DNA of 64,000 nucleotides from Felis catus (lineage: Eukaryota), in NCBI RefSeq assembly GCF_018350175.1, contig NC_058368.1:64420001-64484000 (forward strand). Direction: 5' to 3'. Position numbers and translations under genes: made by a program. Positions 1-12,180 of this stretch are shown here, piece by piece. Position 1 is the first letter of the stretch, and every line of letters starts with the position of its first letter. The notes under the pieces are model-generated. The model was not told the DNA's origin. It saw only the letters and a program-made list of their open reading frames with translations, and made no database searches.

Positions 1-646
1 TAATCCTGCCCAGACTCTGCTCTCATTCTTGATCTAAACAGAAAGCGCATAATGAATGGTGGCCCCCTAGGGCCTTACCCTTGGCATAAAATCATTTTTT
101 ATCTCACCTTTAACCTGCTGCATTATTATTCTGTATTTGAGCTCAATTGTTCAGTCTGTGGGACCAATTAACGTAGAGGAGGAGAGCATAGTTTTGGGTT
201 TTTTGTTTGTTTGACAAAGATCTTATGGTAGAGAGCAAGAGCCAAAGTCAATGGAAGAAAAAAACCACAGGATATTGAAAATGCCTACTCTTTAGCTACT
301 TAGCGTTATTTTAAAATTCAACTTTTCATATGAAGATGAAATTTCATATATTTTATATATTTTATTTATTTCTTCAGACCCTTAGACTGTTCCTTTAAGA
401 AATACATGCTGAAAAGTAAACATAGCTTAAGAAATTTGTGTTCTCTTTTTTAAACATGTATCTCTTTTTTAGGCTTACACTCAAAATTGTATGTTATCCG
501 TGTATGTGTGTGTGTGTGTGTCAACCAAAAGTTTGTAATTTTTAATTTTGGTTGTGGCCCAGGAGCTCAAGTGTGAGCTCAAACTTGTGTAAAACAAAGT
601 CACAAACCTTCCCTAAAACTAAGTCAGACAGGTATTGGGATGAGGG

Positions 647-694
647 GAGGTGAAAATAGAAAACACAGAAGAGGTGAAAATAGAAAACACAGAA
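647..694. repeat. Perfect 24-bp tandem duplication
   Basis: gaggtgaaaatagaaaacacagaa at 647-670 and 671-694. Confidence 0.95.
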
Positions 695-989
695 AAGGAA
701 ACATACACGCAGAAAACCTAAAATAATATCTCCAAATAATATATCCACATTACAGATAGGAAAATAAGTCAGTAAGGGGTTAAAAAGATCATGCCCCCTA
801 TTTTTTATCATCACAAGAGGAATAAATATTTTCAATAAGCCTATGTCTACCTTGTATGTAGGAGTACATTTTTAATTGTCAGGCAGAGAGCGACAGCTGA
901 GGATTTACTTTAAATTATTAAATCTTTTTTTCAATCAAACATGTTGTTCATATATATATTTTTTCAAGGTAATCACCAAGTGGTCCAAA

Positions 990-1230
990 AAGTATAGAGA
1001 GGTGGCTAAAAGCATGGTCTGTGGAATCACAAAAAAAAACAGTGCTGACTCCCTTGGCTTTCTAATTATTCCTTTTTTAATCTAGGAAAAAATAATTGAA
1101 CTGTTCCAACTTGTTTCCTTTATACAATGGAAATTATAAAACTCAACTAAGAGTTTGTCAGCATTGAATAATGTAAGGAAAGTGCTTGTACTGTGCCTGG
1201 TACACAGAATGTTCAACAAACATTACTATG
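990..1230 (+). mobile_element. Degenerate MIR SINE
   Basis: MIR-like motifs: gtggctaaaagcatggtct ... gtttcctttatacaatgg ... aaagtgcttgtactgtgcctggtacacag. Confidence 0.55.
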
Positions 1231-2610
1231 ATAAAGAAAAGGGATAAGCCCATGCTTGTTTTGGTATTGGTGTGTGGATGCCATCTTTCTAATACACTGC
1301 ACCAATTCTTCACCATCTGCTAGTTTACATTTATTAAACACTTTTCAGTGGAACTCAAAATACATGCAAACATTATGTTCTCAAGGAATACGTTCCAGTT
1401 GGGGAAGTGAATATATATGTATACAACTAAGAAATCTTGCACAATGTATACAAATGGTACAGAACATCTTTATAAATGGACATTGAATATCCTTGCTTTA
1501 AGAATTCAATAAGGTTTTCTGACAGGGCACGATCATTTCATATTTAGTTATCTTTTTTAATTCCCTGTGTAGATGGTTTATTCAATTCCATAAAGATTTG
1601 GAAAAAGAGATTCAGTAGGAGCTTCTCATATTGATTTGGGGAGGGTTCTTAAGTTTCTTTTTAATAATCCTCCCATATCCTTTTCAGTGTTTCTTCTTTC
1701 TTAGCACAAAGCAAGTTATGGTTCAATTGACTTTCTGTCTACTTAATAAATATTGATATATTGGATGCATTCGAGCATGGCCACGCGTGATCCATCTTTA
1801 AAGGTAGAGTCGTTATTCAGGGAGGTTGCAATTTATTTATTCCTCATTCATTCTCTCATCTTTTGAGAGGGATCATTATGCAAATATTGAACACATTCAT
1901 GCAATGAAAAACAAAACAAAACACTAGCTTTTTAATAGCTGTTGAAAACGAGATCTCATCCACAGCACAATGGAGTGAATACAGACCCTATTGTGCACAT
2001 CTTATTAGTATATTTTCTTTAGATAACAGGAAAAGGTAATTGAAGGTAAAATGTGCAATTTTCTGATTGTAAGAGCTGCAGTATACTGCACTGATCGAGG
2101 AAACAAAAAATATGTATTCCTTTCACTGGGAATCTACAGGCATAAGATTAATAACTCAATCTTGAATAGAACATAATTATATGATCTCTCAAGGCGTGTT
2201 TCAGATACCTAAGAATTCATGACTTGTGTATACTTAAATAGTTGGATTCTTATGTATATTATTGTAAGAATAGGACTGTTTAAATGTGTTTACATGTAAA
2301 TAAGATTAACCTGTTATTTGTATTATTGTGTTTACACTATTGTCAATTTAGTCCCCGGTTCCATGCTGTTTAATTCATTTACTTTATTGGCTAGTAATTA
2401 AGAAACAAACACACTTTAGAACATATTTTTAAAACATTATCTTTCAGTTTCCTGTAAATAGCAGTGTTTGTTATTTCTCTATTTTTTTCCTTGACCTTCA
2501 CATATTTGAATGAGGCAAGCTTTCTGCTGTATTATATACTAATAGCTGGGGGTCTTGAGAACAAAATTGTTTCATACTTTTGTATTGAATCTACTTCTAT
2601 ATTTCTTGGG

Positions 2611-2831
2611 TTTGTTTTTTTTTTTAAATTTAAGTTTATTTATTCTTGAGAGATAGAGACAGACCACAAGCCGGGGAGGGGGAGAGAGAGGAGGAGACAC
2701 AGAATCCGAAGCAGACTCCAGGCTCTGAGCTGTCAGCACAGAGCCCCATGCGGGGCTGGAACTCACGAACTGTGAGATCATGACCTGAGCCAAAGCCAGA
2801 TGCTTAACTGACTGAGTCACCCAGGCATCCC
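2611..2831 (-). mobile_element. CanSINE (SINEC_Fc-like)
   Basis: Reverse complement of the tRNA-derived head (tgactgagtcacccaggcatccc), ggctctgagctgtcagcacagagcc core, AG repeat and T-rich tail. Confidence 0.95.
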
Positions 2832-2835
2832 TTCT

Positions 2836-3048
2836 GTTTTTTTAAATGCTTATTTTTGAGAGAGTACAAGCAGGGGAGGGGTAGACACAGGGGGACAGAG
2901 GATGCCAAGAGGGCTTTTTGCTGACAGTCTGACAGCAGCAAGCCAGACGCAAGGCACGAACTCATGAACCATGAGATCACGACCTGAGTCAAAGTCGGAC
3001 ACTGAACTGATGGAGCTACCCCCATATTCCTAATATGGGTGCCCCCCC
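2836..3048 (-). mobile_element. CanSINE, diverged, in tandem with the previous copy; rearranged 5' end
   Basis: gagatcacgacctgagtcaaagtcggac core and tttattttt tail. Confidence 0.9.
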
Positions 3049-3481
3049 ATATTCCTAATTTCTATATTTATTATACTTCATCTATGGTACTTAAGAAAGA
3101 GACATCTATTTTTGGCAAAAATTTAGTCTAGACCTAAAGTTTACCTTTCTGTAAAGTGTAAACATGGTTTCAGTTGTAGCAGTGCATCTCATTCCATGCA
3201 AGTTGCATTAGATGGCCTTCATAAAACCATTTGTGCAGAGTGCCATGAAAGCAGACCAGTAGGAAATTCAAATCTATACTTTGTCTATGGATTTGCTATA
3301 TCATAGAAAGAGATTTTCCCAATTGTTTTATGGTCATTCACCTTCTCTCATTTTTTAATTTTTAAAACTTTTAAGATCATATTTTTCTCTCCTCTTTACT
3401 ATTTTTTCTTTAAGATTTTAATGTCATTTCTTCCCATTACAATATATGTAGGCTGCAAATAGATATGAAAATGTAAAAACT

Positions 3482-3660
3482 AGGGCTGCTGGATGGCTCA
3501 GTTGGTTGAGTGTCTGACTCTTCATTTCGGCTTAGGTCATGATCCCAGGGTTATGAGATCAAATTGCACATCGGGCTCCACGTTGAGCGTGGGGCCTGCT
3601 TGGGATTCTCTCTTTTTCTATCCTTTTGCCTCTCTATATATATAAAAGAAAAAAAAAAGG
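3482..3660 (+). mobile_element. CanSINE (older subfamily)
   Basis: tggatggctcagttggttgagtgtctgactct head, cttgggattctctct, A tail. Confidence 0.9.
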
Positions 3661-4099
3661 AAAAACCACCAAACTTGTGCTTTGTATACAAATAACCACA
3701 TTATATGGAAGGGATGGTGAAAGGCTATCTGCTAATTTACACAGATAGCATTGATGATGAATATTTTGAAGGAAAGTTGGAATGAATAAATGTTTGGTTG
3801 AATGTATCATGTCATTATTCCATGAATATCTCTTGTGTATAGTAGCAATTAATTTTCAGGCTTTGAATGTTAAAGTAGCCTAAAATACAAGATAGGAAAT
3901 TAAAAGACTGGGGAAGAAATGAAATGATTTTTATAGAAAAAAGGCCACTTGATAGTTTTTAATGAAAGTAGCCAATGAACAGCAATAGTTGAAAGTTCGT
4001 AAATATAAGGGACACATATGGGAATCCATGTACGAGTAATTGAGAATAATTCTAAATTATAAAAGTCACATAGTAATAAAAACTAAATTCATTATTCAA

Positions 4100-4540
4100 A
4101 CTCTTTGTAGAGCAGCTAACGTGTACTTGGAACGATCTTAGCCACTGCAGATAGAGCAGTGAATAAGGCATCCATGGCCCTGCCCTCATTGGATTTACCT
4201 TCTATTAGAGAAATTATTTTAAAGATAAACACATTATTTAATTACTCATGACACATGGTATGAAGGAGAAAGGGAAGGAACAGGATACTTTGATTCAGTC
4301 TTGGTGCCAGGAAATACTCTTTGGATGAGTTCTGATGGGCAGAAAAAGTGTGGGAAGGTGGGGAGAATAGGTAGAAAAGGAGATCAAGTCAGGTAATAAA
4401 GTGACAACCAGTCACACCATTGTGACTATATAAAGGACTTTGGTCTTTAGTCGAAGAGCAATGGATGTCATTAAAGACTTTTAACCAAGACAGTGGCAAG
4501 ATCAGATTTGCTTTATAAAGAGATGATTTGGGCCTCTGTG
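4100..4540. mobile_element. L2 LINE fragment
   Basis: gatagagcagtgaataagg...ccctgccctcat and aaggactttgg...agatcagatttgctt, typical of L2 3' region. Confidence 0.55.
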
Positions 4541-4849
4541 GGACTCGATTAGGTTTAAAACATTTCGAATCTACAAAGGATATGAATTTCAAAGCCTTTC
4601 TCCTACTCCTCTTTCTAGGACATCTCCAGTCTCTTCACTTTCCACTTTAAGAGAGATTGAAGATATGTGTGCTATAGGAAACACTCCGATGCATGTTATG
4701 TACTGTGGAATGGAAAAAAACCAGAGTTTCAGGAGTATATCAAAATAAAGCAATTTATGTGCAACTAAGGCCCTACATGAGTAACATAATATTTTGAAAG
4801 CTAAACTAACTTTTAGCAGCACTTACTGCAAAGAAATAATAAGAGAAAT

Positions 4850-5500
4850 GTGCCCTCTTAGCTAATTTCAAGTATACAATATTGTATTAACAATAATTGC
4901 CATGCTGTGAATTAGATCCTCAGAATTCAGAACTTACTAATAATTGAAAGTTAGTACTCTTTGACCAACATTTCCCCACGTCTGTCCCCCGTCTCCCAAT
5001 CCCTAGCAACCACTGTTTTACTCTCTGGTTTGATTAGTTTGACTTCTTACAATTCCATATACAGGTGCTATTATACAGTATTTGTCTTTCTGTGTCTGGC
5101 TTATTTCACTTAACATAATGTCCTCCAGGTTCATTTGCGTTGTTGCAAATGGAAGAATTTCCTTCTCTTTTATGGCTGAATAAACCATCATATGTATGTA
5201 TATATATGCAAGATTTTCTTCATTCATCTGCTGTGGGACATTTAGGTTGTTTCCATAACTTGGCTGTTGTGAATAATGTTGCAATGAACATGGAGTGTAG
5301 ACAGATCCCTTTTAGACATACTGATATCACTCCTTTTGGATATATACCCAGAAGAGGTATCACTAAATCATATGGTAGTTCTAATTATTAGAACTAAGTT
5401 TTAATTTTTTGAGGAAACTTCATAGTGTTTCCATAGTGGCTGCACCAATTTATAGGGTTCCCTTTTCCCCACACTCTTGCCAACACCTGTTATCAACATA
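4850..5500 (-). mobile_element. Older L1 3' end (L1MA9/L1_Carn-like)
   Basis: ORF 5018-5284 gives KEILPFATTQMNLEDIMLSEISQTQKDKY (conserved L1 3' region); ctcttagctaatttcaagtatacaat 3'UTR motif. Confidence 0.9.
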
Positions 5501-5595
5501 TTACTTGATAATTTAAGGAGTTGCTTAATATCTTGCACTGAATATTCATTAATGGAATAAAATTCATTGACTTTCTCATTTTTAAAATTCCCTTT

Positions 5596-5810
5596 GGGGT
5601 GCCAGAGTCAGTTAAGTGTCTGACTTCACCTCAGGTCATGATCTCCCAGTTCATGAGTTTGAGCCCCATCTCGGGCTCTGTGCTGACAGCTCAGAGACTG
5701 AATCCTGCTTTGGATTCTGTGCCTCCCTCTCTCTCTGTCCCTTCCCTGCTCACACTCTGCCTCTCTCTCTTTCATAAATAAATAAACATTAAAAAATTAA
5801 AAAAATAAAA
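5596..5810 (+). mobile_element. CanSINE (SINEC_Fc-like)
   Basis: tcaggtcatgatctc core, CT tract, aataaa tail; approximate TSD aaaattcc(c/t)ttt. Confidence 0.95.
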
Positions 5811-7979
5811 TTCCTTTTTAAATTTTAATCATAAAATTGCCATTTATTGACATAATTTTAAAATTACATGAAGATAACACATTTACAGACAAAAAGAACT
5901 GTTCTGTAAATATAAATTTGTCTTCAGTTTCTGTTAATAACTAGCATTTCTGTTTAATGTGACTTAATCTCATGTTAAATTTTGAAAAGGCTTCTTCAGC
6001 TCTTACTATAATATCCAGTACCTAGGTCATTTCTAAAATGTACCTGTGGGACAGAAATTTGTTATTCTAGTTCAAATGAGTAATAAATTCCAATATCATT
6101 CATTAATTTCAAAATGCATATTTTTTGAGAAAACAAGTTTCCTGTAGTAACACCAGAAATTGTCTTAATGTTGAGTTAATGATGGGGACCATGTGCTTGT
6201 ACATATAAAGAATAGTTTTCTAAAAGACCTAATGGTCATTCCTCTGTATCTGGAATGGGAATTCCAAATGTTTTTGGCCAAAGAAACTTGGGAAAAAAAC
6301 AGTATAACTAAGAAAATAGAATTGTGACCTAGCAGCTGATACAAGCATTTTTTCTAGCCAGTGAGTTTATTAAAGTAGAGCTTCATGGCAGCTCTCTACT
6401 CCCCAAAGCGTAACACACCAATATCAATTCTTGGGAGTCATGCTGAGAAGAGTAACGGATTTTTTAAAATCTTAATGTACCTAGTACCATTTATACCTGA
6501 AAGTCAAACAGTTTCAAAATTTTACCTCAAGAAAAGGACCTTCTGTACTTCAGACGATTGCAAATAACTTGTGACAAAGCAGTGCAGGAAAAGTAAGAGA
6601 GGAAAATGATTAGATAGATCACATTGATTTTGTTTTTAAAGTCTACCGTTTCCAGAAGCTGAGGTTTTGTTTTTTGCTCATTATCCCAGAAGTCAAGGTT
6701 TGTCTTGCCCTAAGGAAAACCCCAGGCAGCCAGTTTCTACCTGACTTGAGCAATGTGATGGAGAGGATGCTTCGGTCAAATTGTTGGTGGATTCCTACCC
6801 CCAATCCATGGTCTGTTCTTATCACTGTTGACTAGGTGGTGGGATCCAGGACTACTCCTCAATTTTTTCTTTATGTTTAAAGGTCTAATCTGGAGACAGC
6901 CAGACAAGAGTCCTATTTAGACATCTTTCCCTGATCTTGCAAACTTCAGCCCTTGGTTCCATTTTATCCTTTATAGGAGAATGGTCTTTGCACGTCAAAG
7001 AGAAGAAAAAGAGAGTTTCCCATATCCAGATGTAGTGCTACCCTGGATAAATTTGGACTTGTCTTGCCTGGCCCACCTTTAGGCTTGTCTTCAAATGAAT
7101 CCTTCTATCAGCTTGAAGTAAAGAACTCAGTACACTAATTAAATTAAAAAAAAAAAAAGACAATATAAACTTTGACATGAGAGTTTAATGGACTTTTTTT
7201 GTGAAGTTTTAGAGCCAAATGGAGAAGATAATTCTGTCACATGCCACATTCAATACTTCCTAAAATTTCTTTTCAATGATAACTGCTCTGTCCTGAATTT
7301 TCTTGGAAGCAAGGGTAGCTAGGCAGTTGTCAGGCATCTTGTATCTTTCCTGTCTCTCTCTCAATCCTTTTTGTCACAGCTGCTGTCAGTTTCTTGTACT
7401 TTTCAGACTCTCAAAATATCCTCAAGTTTTGTACTCCAGGCCTGAAAAGGGCAAACCAGACCTACTGAAATCACTGCAGCAAAATAATTTTCTGCCATTA
7501 GACACACTCCTGAGAGTTAAAGTGAGAACAATGCAGGTGACCGATAGTTTACTGGATGAGAGATATTGTGTTAAGTACCCTCACACACGGCACTTACTGA
7601 ATACTAACTATGAATTTCAACCATCATTTAGTCATTTACCACTTATCTATTTTCTTTTGTTAAACACACATTTTAGACATTCTATGTGTATCATAGCCAG
7701 CAACATGCAGGGAAAAGGCAATTCCAGTGGAGTAGTGAGGCAGAACAGGTTTCAATATGAACACAGAAAATACTCAAACAACTCAAAGAGGTAAGGAAAA
7801 TAACTATAAGCTGACATTTGGTAAATAAATAAAAATTATCCAGATGAAAACCAGAGAGAAATTGAACAAGTGTTCAGAATAATATTGGAAAGTGAGAGAA
7901 ATTGTTTAAAAACATGGTGATAAGGAGAAAATATCCTCAAAACACAGGGAAATAGAGGAATACATAATAGTAATGAAAT

Positions 7980-8390
7980 AGGCACATAGAAATCGAATGA
8001 GAGAGACATTGAGGCCAGGGGAAATGATTAAATATCTTACGTTTTATATTGAGGACTTTGGGTTTTATCTGAAAGCCAATAGAACATTAATTTAGGTTTC
8101 ATATTCAAGCATGACATAATCAGAGGGAGTATAGGCAAAGGGCATCAACTTCCGGGTTAAGATATGTTGCAAAAGGAGCAAGTTGAGACAGAAATTCTTT
8201 TTAGAATGCTCTGGAAAAGTCCAGGAATAAGACAGTGGTTACTTGGACTAGAATAGTTGGAATGGTAGTAGAAAAGAATAAAAGAGCTAATGAGATCTTG
8301 ACTAGATGCAAGTAAGAAAAATTGAATAGACTGCCAAATAATCTCTTCCCAGGTATGGGTGATTGGATAAGGATTTACTCCCAAGTTTCA
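7980..8390. mobile_element. L2 LINE fragment
   Basis: gaggactttgggttttatctg...gcatgacataatcaga...agtccaggaataagacagtggttacttggactag. Confidence 0.5.
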
Positions 8391-10634
8391 GTTTTAATTT
8401 TAGAAGCTCTTTTTACTAACTTTTCACTTTACCAAAACAATGGATTTGCCAGACCTTCCTATTCAGTCTGGAAACATTCTGACTCGGGCCCATGGTGACT
8501 TGAACATCAGAGTTGGAAAAATCCCTACCCACCTCTTCAACACTGCATAGACCTTGTTGCTCCTGTGTATTGATAGTACAAGTGACTAGATTAGTGCAAG
8601 GTGCAAACTTAAGCAAAGAAGAAGAAAGATTAAAGGGCAATCTTTTCCATTAAAATTAAAACTCAAGGTTTGGATCAGTCCAGAAAAGATAAACTACTAA
8701 AAGAATTTTGTTGAATGAGATACAATTGGAAAAACAATCAGTGAACATCTAAGAAGGATTCTCAGATGAAATTTAAGTGTTTTAATTTGTGCTGTACTTG
8801 AGATAGAATTAAATTAGAAAAAGTAGATGTGTGGATGTGATTTATATAAAGTCAACTTGGTTATTCAATGAAAATACTCCCAAAGAGAAAGGCTTGACCT
8901 TACCTTAAGGGACTAATAAACAAAACTCTTGTTTTTGAAATAAAACTGAAAAGAACAAGTTATTTCTATAGGATACTTACATAATTCCCCATTTTGACAT
9001 TTTGATTAACTCTAAGGACAGATAGCATTACATTAGAAGATTTTTGTTTTATTTAAAATATTTCTGCTTGGTGATTATATTTCTGTCACATCTTTATGTA
9101 TAATATAAAGAAGGCAATGATTAGTAAGATACTTTAACATGAAATTATGGAAAGCAAAAATGAATGGTAACTACATAAACTCAGAAAAATGAACACTGAC
9201 CACACTCCACCTTTCCATCCAGTCAGTGGCTGGGGTTTTATTTTTAAATATCTGCACGCCAATTATATAGAAAAAGAAATACTGATTTTTCTTAAAAAGT
9301 AGGCAGAAAGGTAATACACAAGAATGGGGTATATGCAGATAATTATTCTTAATGTAGCATTTCTCTAAGCTTCTAACATTAATCAAAGTCTTATTTTATA
9401 CATCTATATATTTATTAAACTTTCAGTAAAATGACATTTTAGGCATGGAATGATAGCTATCTAAGTATATATACAATCTATTTTTACCTAAATAGCTTTC
9501 TGTAAAGAAAAGTGTAATAAGACTAAAGACATAGTATGAGTTTTGAATATCTATTAATCTAACTGAATAAGCATTGAAACTCTACTTAATAGATGCAAAT
9601 TAATGTTATTATCTCAAATGCACAAGGGATTTGTATTTTTCCAAGAATAGTATTGTATTTGATAAAGTAATTGAAGGGTTTTTTTTTTCCATAGAAAAAG
9701 TTACATATGTATCTGTATATATAAGTTTTGGAAAAAAATATTCTGGATAAGAAACAGGCTTCATATTAAATTTTAGTATTGATCTTATTTCTTTCATAAA
9801 TTGTGATTAAGGTTACTTGTAATTACCTCATCTTTTATATATGATATTTTTACCTTAATCACTCATAAATTATTCATATTTCTAAATGTTAAATGATACA
9901 TTGTATTCTCCTTAAGGTGGTCATGAATTGCAATCATTTGGATGTGCTTGGTCTTGTTTATTCTATATTAAAAGTAAGCTATGAAAATTCCATATCAAAC
10001 CATAGCTCAAGACATTTTCTTCATAAGCTCTATTTCTAAATGTTAAATATATCAAAATTTAGATTGCCAAAAATAGTTAATATGCAGTTGTTCAGAGTTT
10101 TCTCCAACTGGCAAGAGTGTATTTGTGAGCATGTCCAAGGGAGTGGATTCTTGAGATAACCATTATAGTGATAGTGTGTGTCAGACAACAGAACTGGCTG
10201 TCCAGGGACTGTGGGCAGCATGGGATAGCGTGTGTGATCAATCTGGAATGCTCTTCGGAGAAGGGTGGGGGGTGGTGGAGTGAGGAAAAGGATCCAACAT
10301 AACAAGTAATAAAGAGATCTTCAGGGAAAGTGATGGATTTTTGAGTTTCAGGATGCTGGAAGATAGAAAATAGAATTTTAATAGATTACTCTTCATGTGT
10401 AGTTACATTTACCTTTTATATGTTTGAAGAAGTTACTGGTTAAAATTGTAGTTGGACCCTGTTCCTCTAATTACTACAACAATCTGGAAGATCACATCGA
10501 TATAAGATTTTGAAATTATTTCCAGTGTAATAAATTTCAATTCTGGATAATTTATTGGATAAAATATATTCCAGATGTTAGTGATTAATGTAGGTTTGAG
10601 AATCTCCTATCTGAAGCCTAACCAAAGAAAATCT

Positions 10635-10852
10635 TACTTTTTTAAAGTTTATTTATTTTGAGAAAGAGAGATACAGTCAGAGACAGTGTGGGCACACTTG
10701 TGAGCACAGAGGGGGAGAGAGAGAATCCCAAGGAGGCTTCATACTGTCAGTGCTGAGCCTGGGGTGGAGCTCAGTCTCATGAACTATGAGATCATGACCT
10801 GAGCTGAAATCAAGAGTCAGTAGCTCAACTGACTGAGCCACCCAGGTGCCCC
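10635..10852 (-). mobile_element. CanSINE
   Basis: gactgagccacccaggtgcccc head; TSD ccaaagaaaatct at 10622-10634 and 10851-10863. Confidence 0.95.
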
Positions 10853-11118
10853 AAAGAAAATCTGATTCTTAACATCAATGCCTAATCTGCCTAATAGAAG
10901 CTTTTCACATACACAATATAATCATACCTACCATGGAAGGATTTAGATTTCATTGTGTTGATTTTTTTTTAATGTCCGTGAATCTTTATAGAATTCAACT
11001 TACCTTGTACATTTTCTGGTTGTATTTTGCTACTGATAGAATCGTGAGTCAGATGTCTTGGGTGCTGTTGGTGGTATGCAAGAAAACGTTTAATAATTGG
11101 CTTGCATCACTCTCTCTG

Positions 11119-11119
<1 letters not shown>

Positions 11120-11166
<47 letters not shown>
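11120..11166. repeat. (CA)n microsatellite
   Basis: About 23 uninterrupted CA units. Confidence 0.98.
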
Positions 11167-11167
<1 letters not shown>

Positions 11168-11930
11168 AAAACCGGAATTGCACTATTTTCTGATTTCTGT
11201 GTTGTAAACACTACTAACAGAGCTTATTTCCAGTCTCCAATATGACATTGCTAAATGTGGAGATTTATACTTGTACAGTATTTCTAGCATACAGACTTAA
11301 ATAACCTTAAGAGCATAAATATAGTATAATAGGAAGTATTTAAAATATAAATAGTAAATATATAAAATATATATAAATACATATATCATATATATAAAAT
11401 AGTAAAATAGGAAGTTGTGGGTTTTGACTATTTTACTGTAAATTATTAAGTTGTAAATTAAAATGATAAAAATTAAAATCTTTAAAAATGTGTGTGTTGA
11501 ACCACTGGCCCCCAGATTCCTGACAATTGCCAGCATGTGTCGTAAAAGACATAATCTCTATAGAACAGAAATATTGTGTCAATCTAGTTTACTCCGTACC
11601 ATATTAACAGGCATTAATCATTTTTTCTATCATTTATTGTTATAAGATTAACCATTGCCTGTTATGTTTTCCCATATAATTGCAGATAGTTTTTAATAAT
11701 GGAAATGATCATAAGGTACTATAAGTTTTTGTGGGTCCTCGCTAAACTCTGAAGTCTTTGAAGGTGGGGTAGATATGGTTTAGGATGTTTGATTGGTCCA
11801 TATACGTTGTTGTCGCATTCCACATCCCCAAGAACAACTGCAGCGACTGGTCCAAAGGCTATTTTCAGTGCGTGTTTGTTTTTTGGTTGGTTGAATGAAT
11901 AAAAGATACAGAAACTTACTTAAATGCTCA

Positions 11931-12180
11931 GGAGCACCTGGATGGCTCAGTCAGTTAAGTGTCCGACTTGGGCTCAGGTCATGATCTTGTGGTCTGTGAG
12001 TTAGAGCCCTGCATCAGGGGTTGCTGCTGTTAGCACAGAGCCCTTTCAGCTCCTTTGTGCCCCCCTCACTCTCTGTCCCTCCCCCACTCATTCTCTCTCT
12101 CTCCCTCTCTCCCTCTCTCTCTCCCTCTCTTTCTCTCTCAAAAAGGAATAAACATTAAACAGATCATTTTTTAAAAAAAG
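11931..12180 (+). mobile_element. CanSINE
   Basis: cctggatggctcagtcagttaagtgtccgact head, long CT tract, aataaa tail. Confidence 0.95.

Noticed and set aside
7303..7794. 163-aa ORF
   Set aside because: Non-ATG start, no recognisable homology or exon structure; consistent with a chance ORF.
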